DNA from: Bradymonadales bacterium
GTDB lineage: Bacteria > Bdellovibrionota > UBA2394
Direction of reading: 5' to 3'
Assembly (NCBI GenBank): GCA_007693605.1
Contig: REDG01000024.1
Location: forward strand, 77,013 to 141,012
Length of the DNA stretch: 64,000 nucleotides
Shown here in pieces: positions 28,931-37,799 of this stretch. A program made the position numbers and the translations under genes. The notes under the pieces are model-generated. The model did not search any database. It saw only the letters and a list, made by a program, of their open reading frames with translations, and was not told the DNA's origin. Position 1 is the first letter of the stretch, and each line of letters opens with the position of its first letter.

Positions 28931-29970
28931 GACTCCATCTCCAATCTTCTTCGAAACCGATAGTGAGACACCATCCACTCCCGACCGGAATTGAACGCAA
29001 ACAACTCTTCACAAGCCATAAAGAAAATTCTCCATCTCTGAAGCCAAAGGCGTTCTTGTTTCAAGTAGCAGCCCTCAAATATCTCACGCACTTTCTCTCG
29101 ATTCGAGTCAAGTCGCTTCAGCCAAGCTCTACAGGTTTTAGCATAATGATTACCTGAGACGATCCAAGATCTTTCAACGCTTAGAGGGGACTCTAAGAAA
29201 AACGGTAACTGGTATGAGGGCATCATGCCTCCAGTAAAGAACTCACGGCCCATCCAATCGTCGTCATCTTCTGTCTCGAAGAAGTAGGGCGATTCGCGAT
29301 GAGAGAAAACATGGATAAATACACTTCCATTTGGTTTCAAATGAGACTCTAAAACCCCCAAAAGAAGGCCCCAATTTCTCATATGCTCAAACATTTCGAT
29401 GCTGACAACGCGATCGAATTCCTCGGTCAGAGACAGATTCTTCACATCTTGAGTTTCAACAACAAGATTCTTTAGTCCGATTTCTCTCGCCCCTTCTCGA
29501 ATGACCTTCGCTTGCTCCTTTGAGTTAGAGACGGCTATGAACTCCGATTCAGGATACCTCTTGGCCGCCCACAAACTAAAAGACCCCCATCCACAACCCA
29601 GGTCCAAAACTCTCAGTCCATTCTCGATCTGAGCCCGCTCGGCGACAAGCTTTAGCATTTCGTCTTCTGCCTCTTCAAGGCTCCTAGTCTCTTGATTCCA
29701 GAGAGCAGAGCTGTATTTCATTCGGCCCCCGAGCACCAAACGAAAGAAGTCTGCTGGAACTTCGTAGTGCTGCGAATTGGCGTCATCCGTGTGAATAGCA
29801 ATCGGCTGACCCCTCATTTTCTCCACAAACTTCCAAACAGAATCCTCTCCGTCTTCTTCACGAGTAAGTCGAAGTGATTTCAATCTCTTTCTTAACAAGA
29901 GGCGAATGCCGAACCTGATCACAGCGTCCGGAATCCGCCCCTTCTCTGCCAGTTCAATTAACGCTTTCAA
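28885..29970 (-). CDS. SAM-dependent methyltransferase (cyclopropane-fatty-acid synthase / coclaurine N-methyltransferase-like)
   Basis: ANSQHYEVP, MKYSS, LDLGCGWGS, VSIEMFEHMRN, FFTGG.MPS. Confidence 0.9.
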   Translation of the reverse strand: MKALIELAEKGRIPDAVIRFGIRLLLRKRLKSLRLTREEDGEDSVWKFVEKMRGQPIAIHTDDANSQHYEVPADFFRLVLGGRMKYSSALWNQETRSLEEAEDEMLKLVAERAQIENGLRVLDLGCGWGSFSLWAAKRYPESEFIAVSNSKEQAKVIREGAREIGLKNLVVETQDVKNLSLTEEFDRVVSIEMFEHMRNWGLLLGVLESHLKPNGSVFIHVFSHRESPYFFETEDDDDWMGREFFTGGMMPSYQLPFFLESPLSVERSWIVSGNHYAKTCRAWLKRLDSNREKVREIFEGCYLKQERLWLQRWRIFFMACEELFAFNSGREWMVSHYRFRRRLEMESQFEREDPRIASTPS

Positions 29971-30764
29971 GTGAGATCCTTTCTAGGCCTCCAAGGAAAA
30001 AAAGAGGAGGTCTCTCGTTGATATGCTCGATAGGCCTCGGCCCTCGATCGAAGCGATTGCCCTTCGGAGGGGGGAATGCCAGTGACTCGTGTGAGAAGAA
30101 TCCACATCAGCAGAGGCACTATGAAACTCAACCAAAAGCCCTCAGAACCATAGGCAAAAAAAGGATAGGAACACCAGAGCACCCACTCAAAAAAATAGTT
30201 GGGATGTCGAGAATATCTCCAAAGTCCCTGATCCATTACTCGCTGTTTACTTCCAGGCTGTTTCTTAAAATCAGAAAATTGTTTGTCAGACAGCCAAACT
30301 CCAAAAAGCCCGATACAAAAAACGAGAAGGCCAACAGAATCCGTCCAATAGAACTCTAGACGCTCAAAGCTGAATGCCATCCCCCAGGCCAGAATGACCG
30401 CGCTCAAGAAGTTAAAGCAATAGAGAAGCGCGAAGTAATAGTCCGCCTTGTTTCCCCAACGCTCCCGATAAAATCGGTATCTGGAGTCTTCTCCTTTGTA
30501 TCGTATCAAGCGAAGAAGAATCAGACTCCCCAGGCGAAGACTCCAGAAGCAAACCAGCGAGACCATCAGAAGGGGTCTCCAATACAAGCCTAAACCCTCG
30601 CCACTGGGGAGCCATCCCCCCAACCGTTGATAAAGGTGTCCGACTGTCAAAAGGAGAATGGAAGCGCACCACAGCAGATCGACAGAGGTTGCATTTCTAT
30701 ACTTCCTCTGAAAAAAGAAGCCCGCGAGAAACATCAAAGCAACAAGGCTTATAAAAAAATCCAT
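29967..30764 (-). CDS. DUF1295 family membrane protein (steroid 5-alpha-reductase-like)
   Basis: EDSRY, GLWRYSRHPNYFFEW, TGIP.SE, YQRETS.FFPW. Confidence 0.9.
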   Translation of the reverse strand: MDFFISLVALMFLAGFFFQRKYRNATSVDLLWCASILLLTVGHLYQRLGGWLPSGEGLGLYWRPLLMVSLVCFWSLRLGSLILLRLIRYKGEDSRYRFYRERWGNKADYYFALLYCFNFLSAVILAWGMAFSFERLEFYWTDSVGLLVFCIGLFGVWLSDKQFSDFKKQPGSKQRVMDQGLWRYSRHPNYFFEWVLWCSYPFFAYGSEGFWLSFIVPLLMWILLTRVTGIPPSEGQSLRSRAEAYRAYQRETSSFFPWRPRKDLT

Positions 30765-30768
30765 TTTC

Positions 30769-32262
30769 TTAGTCTCTTGAGAGCCCCGCTATAAATTCTT
30801 CAGACATCTTCTTCAATCGGTCTTTTCTCTTGGATTCAATCCTCATCCACATCTTTGCCATCATGCTCATTCGGTACTGACTCTGAAAGTAGTTCAAATT
30901 ATCTCCCACAAAAGACCAGTAGAGGGCATCCCATAAATCACACCAATCAGCCCTTTTGTAATCACTCATTTTTAAGATGTAATTCGATCCAGAGATATAA
31001 GGCTTCGTCGCAAAGATTCCTCCATCACTAAACTGACCCATGCCATAGACATTCGGCCCCATCACCCAATCACTCGAATCAATATACATTTCCATAAACC
31101 AACGATGCACCTCTTTGGGATGGATGCGACACAGCAGCATGAGGTTTGAAATGATCATCAAGCGTTCAATGTGGTGATTGTAAGAAAACTTCAAGGCCTT
31201 TCTAATCGCGTCATCCACTGGCAAAAGCCCAGTCCTTGCCTCATACCACTTTCCGTTCAAGCTTCCATGATGATTCCAAAAGTTTTTTTTCTCTTGCCCC
31301 TCTGAAAAGCATTGATAGATTCCCCTGACAAATTCCCTCCAGCCAAGAACTTGACGAACAAATCCCTCTACCGAGTTTAAGGGCAGTTTTTGATCTGACT
31401 TTGACACTGCCGCCAGCAGATCCTCGGGAAGCAAAAGACCGCAGTTCAAATAGGGGCTCAACGCTGAATGGAAAACAAAATCTGACCGACTAGTAATCGA
31501 GTCTTGAAAGTCTCCAAATCGAATCAGACGATGCCGAACAAACTCATCCAGCAAAAACAGTGCAGACTCTCGAGAATGCACCCAAACATAGTCATCCGTC
31601 TCTCCCGGGTGATCAGAGAACTGGCTCCGCACTTTTTTCAGTAGGTCCATTTCATTTGCTGTTAGCTGAGCCTCCGGTCGCTCTGGAATCTTTACGGTCT
31701 TGGGCAACTTCTTGCGATTCTCTTGATCATAGCTAAACTTCCCCCCTTTTGGCTTCCCACCCTTCGTCATCAGAATGCCCGTCTCTCTTCTCGCCGCCTC
31801 ATAAAAGCTCTTCATCAGTGGTCTTTTGGCGGCTGATAGATAGTCCTTAAAAAAGGCTCGAGAGAAAATGAACTGGGGGCTTTGAATCCACTCGACCTTT
31901 ATCTCGTTTTTTCGACAGAAGGAGATTAAAAATCTCTCAAAAAACTTATCCTCAACTTCGAAAGCATAAAGCTTATCAATCTTTTTCTCTCTACAAACCT
32001 TGAGGAGTTTCTCTTCATAAGGTCGGCTGAAAAGGGGATGATCGAGATCAAAATAGATCAGCTTATTTTTTTCTTTCGGAGGGAATTCTCTAGCATACTG
32101 ACGCATGGCCGCCAGAAAAAAGAAAATCTTCTGCTTGTGAAAACGGTACCTTCTGCAAAGCTCTTCATCTTCTGCCATAAAGATGAAGTCGGGCTTCTTG
32201 TGCGCCCACTTGGAACGAGGAAAGAGCTGGCTACCTAAAATAAGCAGCAGACTTCGACTCAT
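30769..32262 (-). CDS. Cryptochrome/photolyase-related protein (bacterial (6-4) photolyase type, apparently without the Fe-S cluster)
   Basis: ILGSQLF, HKQK, FHS.LSPYLN.GLL, EGFVRQVLGWREFVRG, HHIERLM, TKPYISGSNYI.KMSDY. Confidence 0.9.
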   Translation of the reverse strand: MSRSLLLILGSQLFPRSKWAHKKPDFIFMAEDEELCRRYRFHKQKIFFFLAAMRQYAREFPPKEKNKLIYFDLDHPLFSRPYEEKLLKVCREKKIDKLYAFEVEDKFFERFLISFCRKNEIKVEWIQSPQFIFSRAFFKDYLSAAKRPLMKSFYEAARRETGILMTKGGKPKGGKFSYDQENRKKLPKTVKIPERPEAQLTANEMDLLKKVRSQFSDHPGETDDYVWVHSRESALFLLDEFVRHRLIRFGDFQDSITSRSDFVFHSALSPYLNCGLLLPEDLLAAVSKSDQKLPLNSVEGFVRQVLGWREFVRGIYQCFSEGQEKKNFWNHHGSLNGKWYEARTGLLPVDDAIRKALKFSYNHHIERLMIISNLMLLCRIHPKEVHRWFMEMYIDSSDWVMGPNVYGMGQFSDGGIFATKPYISGSNYILKMSDYKRADWCDLWDALYWSFVGDNLNYFQSQYRMSMMAKMWMRIESKRKDRLKKMSEEFIAGLSRD

Positions 32263-32795
32263 TTTATGTCTTTGTTAAGCTTCGCTTGCTCCCCGAAAAC
32301 AGTCCAAGGCTTTGACTCATCTTTTTCAGAGGTCAGTAGAAGCGCCTCAAGCAGAGCCTCACCCTTGTCGATCAGGCTTCCCATGCGACTGACACCCGCC
32401 TCTGATATGTTCAGCCTGACTTTTTCCGCATCTCTCAAACTCTTACACACTCGATGAGCTGATGCGATGCGACTCAACATCAACCTTTCTCGCCTTCTTA
32501 ACACATTCAGAATGACACTTTCCTGATCGTAGTTCGGTCCATAGAGAGTCGTACCCCTCTCACTTTTGCCGGCCTCTTCAATCACATCGTATTCCAACAT
32601 CTCTTTAATTGAGATGCTCACCAAGGCCTTTGAAATCTCAAGCCTCTTCATCAGCTCGGCAGCATCTAGGGCTTCGTCACTCAGAAACAGATGGGCCCAG
32701 ATTCTCCCTTGTACATTCTTAAATCCCCAAAACTCGATAAAATCTCCAATTTGGTCCACAAGGTCTTTGACTTCCGGGGGCACATAATGACGCAT
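32259..32795 (-). CDS. GbsR/MarR-family winged-helix transcriptional regulator
   Basis: G.F.EFWGF....GRIWA.L.L...L.A.EL...L.ISK..VS..IKE. Confidence 0.8.
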   Translation of the reverse strand: MRHYVPPEVKDLVDQIGDFIEFWGFKNVQGRIWAHLFLSDEALDAAELMKRLEISKALVSISIKEMLEYDVIEEAGKSERGTTLYGPNYDQESVILNVLRRRERLMLSRIASAHRVCKSLRDAEKVRLNISEAGVSRMGSLIDKGEALLEALLLTSEKDESKPWTVFGEQAKLNKDIK

Positions 32796-32800
32796 GCCAA

Positions 32801-32829
32801 AGCCTAGCTCGCGAGTTTAGGATTGTCAA
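32801..32829 (-). promoter_or_regulatory. Sigma70 promoter for a probably leaderless regulator mRNA
   Basis: TTGACA-17 nt-TAGGCT, 5 nt before ATG 32795; no room for an SD. Confidence 0.65.
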
Positions 32830-32920
32830 AACTCTAAAAGCAGCTCTGAGCAAGGGCCGAAGCTAGGCCCCTTCCCACTGTTTTTTGCAAGATGAAGCTA
32901 AAGACAAAGCCTCATCTTTA

Positions 32921-32938
32921 GTTTAGTTCTTATTGAAC
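32921..32938. promoter_or_regulatory. Palindromic operator candidate GTTTA-N8-TGAAC (copy 2)
   Basis: GTTTAGTTCTTATTGAAC immediately before the AAGGAG RBS of the SDR gene; a second inverted repeat AAGATGAAGCT-N8-AGCCTCATCTT lies at 32889-32918. Confidence 0.5.
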
Positions 32939-32950
32939 AAAGGAGTTGTT

Positions 32951-33676
32951 GTGAAGAAAGCCATCATCTTTGGAGCTTCCGGCGGTATTGGATCAGAGCT
33001 GTCTCGCTTACTGAAGAAGGCGGGCTGGTCTCTTTGCTTGGCCGGAAGGAATGCGGAAAGGCTCGAACAACTAAGTTTTGAACTTGAAGAACGCTATTCC
33101 ATATGTGACCTCAAAGATCCTGAAAGCGTCGAGAGGTTTTTTCAGTCTGAGCCTTGGGACAAGACAGAATGTGGAGCGGTGGTCGTGGCCGTCGGAAGCA
33201 TTCTTCTGAAACCAGTCCACCTGACGAGCATCGAAGAGTGGCGAGATTGTATATCAACCAACCTGGATTCAGCCTTCTTCGTTTTAAGGGCAGCCCTGAA
33301 GGCGAAACGGCCGAAAGATCTTCAGTTCCTTTTCTTTTCATCCGTAGCTGGCTCGATCGGCTTAAAAAACCATGAAGCCATTGCGTCTGCAAAGGCAGGC
33401 TTGGAAGGTCTCGTTCGCTCAGCAGCCGCTTCTTACGCTAAACAATCCGTTCGAATAAATGCGATTGCTCCTGGTTTAGTGAAAACGCCACTCTCAGCAC
33501 GGCTCACCAAGAGTGCCCAAAGCCTAGAAGCCTCAGAGGCTATGCACCCCTTGGGACGGATTGGCGAAGCATCTGAAGTTGCTCATCTAGCCGCATATAT
33601 GCTTTCGCCTGACAACTCATGGATGACAGGGCAGATCATTCATTTGGATGGTGGAATGTCAACTTTAAGAGCATAA
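32951..33676 (+). CDS. Short-chain dehydrogenase/reductase
   Basis: GASGGIG, IASAKAGLEGL, INAIAPGLV.T, HPLGRIG, TGQ...DGG; GTG 32951 follows AAGGAG. Confidence 0.9.
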   Translation: MKKAIIFGASGGIGSELSRLLKKAGWSLCLAGRNAERLEQLSFELEERYSICDLKDPESVERFFQSEPWDKTECGAVVVAVGSILLKPVHLTSIEEWRDCISTNLDSAFFVLRAALKAKRPKDLQFLFFSSVAGSIGLKNHEAIASAKAGLEGLVRSAAASYAKQSVRINAIAPGLVKTPLSARLTKSAQSLEASEAMHPLGRIGEASEVAHLAAYMLSPDNSWMTGQIIHLDGGMSTLRA

Positions 33677-33686
33677 GAAAAAAGGA

Positions 33687-34949
33687 TTGTCGTTGAATTC
33701 AGGCTCAAAGGTTGCAGTCATCGGTGCGGGGATCGCGGGAATCATGGCCTCCTACCTTCTCCAAAAAAAATTTCAAGTAGAACTGTTTGAGTCAGAATCT
33801 AAACTGGGCGGGCACACCAACACTCAAAGTCTTTACATTGAAGGCAGAAAGTTTGCCGTCGACACAGGCTTCATTGTTTTCAATGAAAGAAATTATCCCC
33901 TTTTTACAAGGTTCCTCTCTGAGCTGAAAGTACCAACTCGGAACTCCGAGATGTCTTTTTCCTATGAAGATCGGGCTAGCGGCTTCTGCTACGCAGGCAC
34001 CAGCCTGAATGGCTTGTTTGCTAATCGAAAGTCGCTCGTTTCTCTCAGATTCTGGAGGCTCCTCTTTGAGACTCTCCGCTTCGGAAGGCTTGGAAGTCAC
34101 TTCTTGCAGAAAGAACGAAACGCTTCGACAAGCCTGGACGAATTCTTGCGACTGAACCGACTTTCCGAAGACTTTCAGAGAAGCTACCTGCTTCCGATAT
34201 CAGCAGCAATTTGGTCTACGCCAACTGAGAAAATGTTAGCTTATCCGGCATATTCCTTTTTGTCATTCATGGAGAACCATGGCCTCGTCCGTCTAGTGAA
34301 TCGTCCCCAATGGAAGACAGTTCTGGGTGGAAGTCACGAATACATCAAAAAGTTTGAAAAAGTCTTTAAAGGCCGCATTATCTTGGAGTCCCCCGTCCGC
34401 TCAATCAAGCGATTGCCAAATCAAGTTGAGATAAAGACTGACCACTCAAGCAGACATTTTGACTTCGTCGTTCTCGCGGTTCACGCCGATCAAGTCCTTC
34501 CACTGCTTCTAGACCCCTCGCCAGAGGAGCAATCCGCATTTTCTTCCTGGGCCTATTCTAAAAACAAAACACTTCTGCATGACGATGTAAGATGCATGCC
34601 GCTTAACAGGAGAGCTTGGGCTTCTTGGAACTATCTTCAGAACGATGCGGGTCAGCTCTGTGCCTCCTATCATATGAACCGCCTACAAGGGATCGCCAGT
34701 CAAAAGCAGTTTTTCGTGACCCTCAACCCTCAATCACGCATTCCAAATGAGCGAGTCTTTTATGAAAAGACCTACGAACACCCCACCTACACTCAATCCG
34801 CCCTAGAAACTCAAGATCTCATTCGAAAGTTTCCCAAAAATCGTCGAACCTTTTTTGTCGGAAGCTATCTAGGAAACGGATTTCATGAAGACGCCGTAAG
34901 AAGCTCGGTCCAACTCGCCGACCAGATGGGGATCCCATGGCCTCTATAG
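33687..34949 (+). CDS. FAD-dependent oxidoreductase (UfaD/RSP1091-like)
   Basis: IGAGIAG, LGGHTNT, VDTGFIVFNERNYP, AWASWNY, GFHEDAV. Confidence 0.9.
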   Translation: MSLNSGSKVAVIGAGIAGIMASYLLQKKFQVELFESESKLGGHTNTQSLYIEGRKFAVDTGFIVFNERNYPLFTRFLSELKVPTRNSEMSFSYEDRASGFCYAGTSLNGLFANRKSLVSLRFWRLLFETLRFGRLGSHFLQKERNASTSLDEFLRLNRLSEDFQRSYLLPISAAIWSTPTEKMLAYPAYSFLSFMENHGLVRLVNRPQWKTVLGGSHEYIKKFEKVFKGRIILESPVRSIKRLPNQVEIKTDHSSRHFDFVVLAVHADQVLPLLLDPSPEEQSAFSSWAYSKNKTLLHDDVRCMPLNRRAWASWNYLQNDAGQLCASYHMNRLQGIASQKQFFVTLNPQSRIPNERVFYEKTYEHPTYTQSALETQDLIRKFPKNRRTFFVGSYLGNGFHEDAVRSSVQLADQMGIPWPL

Positions 34950-36904
34950 AGCAATTTGACTGCAAGGTGAGACACATTCGGCTTCTGCCACGCCGGCATG
35001 AGTTCAGTTATCCCGCTCACTACGGGCTGTTCTCTGTTGGGGATCAACATCGGAAGATTAGAGAAAGCCAATTCGGAGTAAGCATCGATCGATTCAATGT
35101 CTTTTCAATTCACCGAAAGGATTATCTAGATAGAGGAGACAAGAGCCTTAAAGATAAGGTTCGGCAGCAACTCGAGAAAAGGGGCTTTTTGGAGAGGATA
35201 TCAAGAATTGAATTGCTAACCTCCCCTAGATATTTTGGATACTCCTTTAACCCGGTCAGTTTCTTTTTTTGCTACTCTGACGAAAGGTCTAGAAATCCGC
35301 GTTACATCATCGTGGAAATCAACAATACCTTCTCTGAGAAGCATCTTTACTTTCTGGATGGAAAAGAGAGCGGCTTGGAGAGAAAGAAAACATTTCATGT
35401 GTCTCCTTTTTTTGACCTAAATCTGGTCTACAAGTTTCATTTTCAGCTAAGGGATAATCAGTTTTCCGTTCAGATTAATCTCATGAGAGACGGTCAACTT
35501 GTCTTTCACTCTAGTTTGGTGGGCCAAAGGACAGAGTCATCCACTATAAAGAGAATGATCTTTACACCCCTTCTCCCCTGGTTAACGATGCCGAGAATTC
35601 TTTGGCAGGCTGCTAAGTTGTACTATCAGAAAGGACTTCCAGTGCAAACGAAACCCGTCCCCTCTAGCCCCGACACAATCCGAAGTGATCCAGATCAATG
35701 GATTGACAGGGTTGCCCTAAGAATTGTCAGAAACTTGTTTAGAAAGTTTGATCGCGGCGAACTTCAAGTCATTTATCCTGATCGTTCAATGGAAGTTTAT
35801 CGAGGAAGGAGTGCGGGGATTTCAGCAATTCTAGAGGTCAGAGATTATCGATTCTTTAGAAAGCTAGTGTTGGCGGCAGATATCGGCTTCGGCGAAGCTT
35901 TCACGAAGGGCGATTGGCACAGCCCTGACCCTGTGCAAGTCCTTCGATTTTTTATTCAGAATCGGTCGGTGATGAGCTCTCAACCCCTCTGGATCTCAAA
36001 ACTCGATCAAATCAAAACCATGGCTCTCCATTTATGGAGAAGCAACCGAAGAGCAATGTCTCGAAAAAATATTGAAGAGCATTATGATCTTAGCAACCAG
36101 TTCTTCGAATCCTTTCTTGATTCAAAAATGCAGTACTCTTGTGGAGTTTACCCCACCACCATTTCCTCGCTTGAGGAGGCCCAATCAGAGAAAATCAGAA
36201 GGCTGACGGAGTCTTTGCAGCTCACAAACTCTGATCATGTCTTAGAGATTGGCTGTGGGTGGGGGGGGCTCGCAATTTCGACTGTGAGAAAGTTTCAGTG
36301 TCGATGGACGGGCATCACCCTCTCTTCGAAACAGAAGGAGTGGGCTGAAAGAAAGGTCAGAGAAGCTGGCCTATCAGATCTGATCGAGATCAAACTTTTG
36401 GATTACCGTGACTTGAAAGGTTCGTACACTAAAGCGATCTCAGTCGAGATGCTTGAGGCTGTTGGTCATGAGAATCTGAACACCTACTTCAAGGTCCTCG
36501 ATCAGTCACTCGCTGAAAATGCTCGAGTAGCGATTCAGGTGATCAGCATGCCGGAAAGCCGATATTCTGCCTATCGGCGAAGGCCGGACTGGATACAAAA
36601 GCACATCTTTCCTGGGGGATTGTGCCCCTCGCTTCAGGCCGTCTTGAATGCAGCTCAGTCGACCTCTAGCTTCCGAGTGGACGCCGTGGAGAACATCGGG
36701 CCTCATTATGCCACCACTCTCAGTGACTGGACAAAGAGATTTGAACAACAAAAGTCGACGTGGCAAAAAATCGGCTTTGATGAAGAATTTTATAGAAAAT
36801 GGAGATACTATTTTGCTTACTGTGAGGCAGCCTTCCGAGAAAACTTTGTACACAACTACCAAATCTTCCTCCAAAAGGAGGCGGCAAGACACATGCCGAA
36901 ATGA
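34937..36904 (+). CDS. Fusion of DUF1365 (UfaO-like) with a cyclopropane-fatty-acid synthase-type methyltransferase (UfaM/Cfa-like)
   Basis: N-half H.R..P..H.F.Y, GYSFNPVSF, EINNTF, KTFHVSPF; C-half NIEEHYDLSN, MQYSC, LEIGCGWG, SVEMLEAVG, IFPGG. Confidence 0.9.
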   Translation: MASIEQFDCKVRHIRLLPRRHEFSYPAHYGLFSVGDQHRKIRESQFGVSIDRFNVFSIHRKDYLDRGDKSLKDKVRQQLEKRGFLERISRIELLTSPRYFGYSFNPVSFFFCYSDERSRNPRYIIVEINNTFSEKHLYFLDGKESGLERKKTFHVSPFFDLNLVYKFHFQLRDNQFSVQINLMRDGQLVFHSSLVGQRTESSTIKRMIFTPLLPWLTMPRILWQAAKLYYQKGLPVQTKPVPSSPDTIRSDPDQWIDRVALRIVRNLFRKFDRGELQVIYPDRSMEVYRGRSAGISAILEVRDYRFFRKLVLAADIGFGEAFTKGDWHSPDPVQVLRFFIQNRSVMSSQPLWISKLDQIKTMALHLWRSNRRAMSRKNIEEHYDLSNQFFESFLDSKMQYSCGVYPTTISSLEEAQSEKIRRLTESLQLTNSDHVLEIGCGWGGLAISTVRKFQCRWTGITLSSKQKEWAERKVREAGLSDLIEIKLLDYRDLKGSYTKAISVEMLEAVGHENLNTYFKVLDQSLAENARVAIQVISMPESRYSAYRRRPDWIQKHIFPGGLCPSLQAVLNAAQSTSSFRVDAVENIGPHYATTLSDWTKRFEQQKSTWQKIGFDEEFYRKWRYYFAYCEAAFRENFVHNYQIFLQKEAARHMPK

Positions 36905-36953
36905 CTCCATTGCAGGGGACTCACCTGTAAGGCCTGGTCGAAGATTTTCTCCA

Positions 36954-37799
36954 ATGTCATGCCTCGGGTTTATAGGAACTCATGCGGGGGTGGCTCTGAT
37001 ATTTATCACAGGCTTTAGCTGGGTCGCGCTATTCAGCTTGTTCTGCGTATACGCTTTGAATATGTTCGGAATCTCTGCAGGTTTTCATCGCTACTTTTCA
37101 CACCGAAGTTATAAGACGAATCGATTTTTTCAATTCGTGCTGGCTTGGTTGGGCACATCTGCCGCACAAAGAGGCCCATTGTGGTGGGCGGCCCATCATC
37201 GAGATCATCACCGCCACTCTGACCAGAAGGAAGACATTCACTCTCCTATTCGAGAAGCCTTCTGGTATTCACATTTCGGATGGATTCTATGCCCAGAAAA
37301 CTTCGCGACTAAACACTCTAGAGTAAGAGACTTGACGAAATACCCAGAGCTTCGATTTCTGGATCGCTTCTACCTTGTCCCTCCCTTTGTTCGAGCCTCG
37401 ATCTTGTTTGGGTTAGGCAGCTTTCTTGCCTCAAACTACCCCCAACTACAGACCAGTGGCCCTCAACTCTTGGCTTGGGGTTTCTTTGCAGGCACGATGA
37501 TTTCGTATCACATCACTTTCTCGATCAACTCGTTTGCTCATCTCTTCGGAAGTCGCTCCTATGAGACTTCTGATTCTAGCAAAAATAACTGGCTACTCGC
37601 TCTTCTTACCTTCGGAGAAGGATGGCACAACAACCATCATCAATATCCAGGATTAGAGAGACACGGCCATCGCTGGTGGGAATTTGATCTCACACACAGC
37701 TTGTTGAAAATTTTATCGAGCCTCGGAGTGGTTTATGATATGCGAGTGCAACCCCCAATAGACAAGTTGAAGTATGAGTCCACCAGAAACACAGCCTAG
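36954..37799 (+). CDS. Delta-9-type acyl-CoA/acyl-lipid desaturase
   Basis: His boxes HRYFSH, HRDHH, GEGWHNNHH; start uncertain (first in-frame ATG after the upstream gene is 36954). Confidence 0.9.
   Translation: MSCLGFIGTHAGVALIFITGFSWVALFSLFCVYALNMFGISAGFHRYFSHRSYKTNRFFQFVLAWLGTSAAQRGPLWWAAHHRDHHRHSDQKEDIHSPIREAFWYSHFGWILCPENFATKHSRVRDLTKYPELRFLDRFYLVPPFVRASILFGLGSFLASNYPQLQTSGPQLLAWGFFAGTMISYHITFSINSFAHLFGSRSYETSDSSKNNWLLALLTFGEGWHNNHHQYPGLERHGHRWWEFDLTHSLLKILSSLGVVYDMRVQPPIDKLKYESTRNTA

Noticed and set aside
36648..36953. N-terminal extension of the desaturase given by the ORF track
   Set aside because: Overlaps the methyltransferase gene by about 250 nt and has no desaturase-like character.
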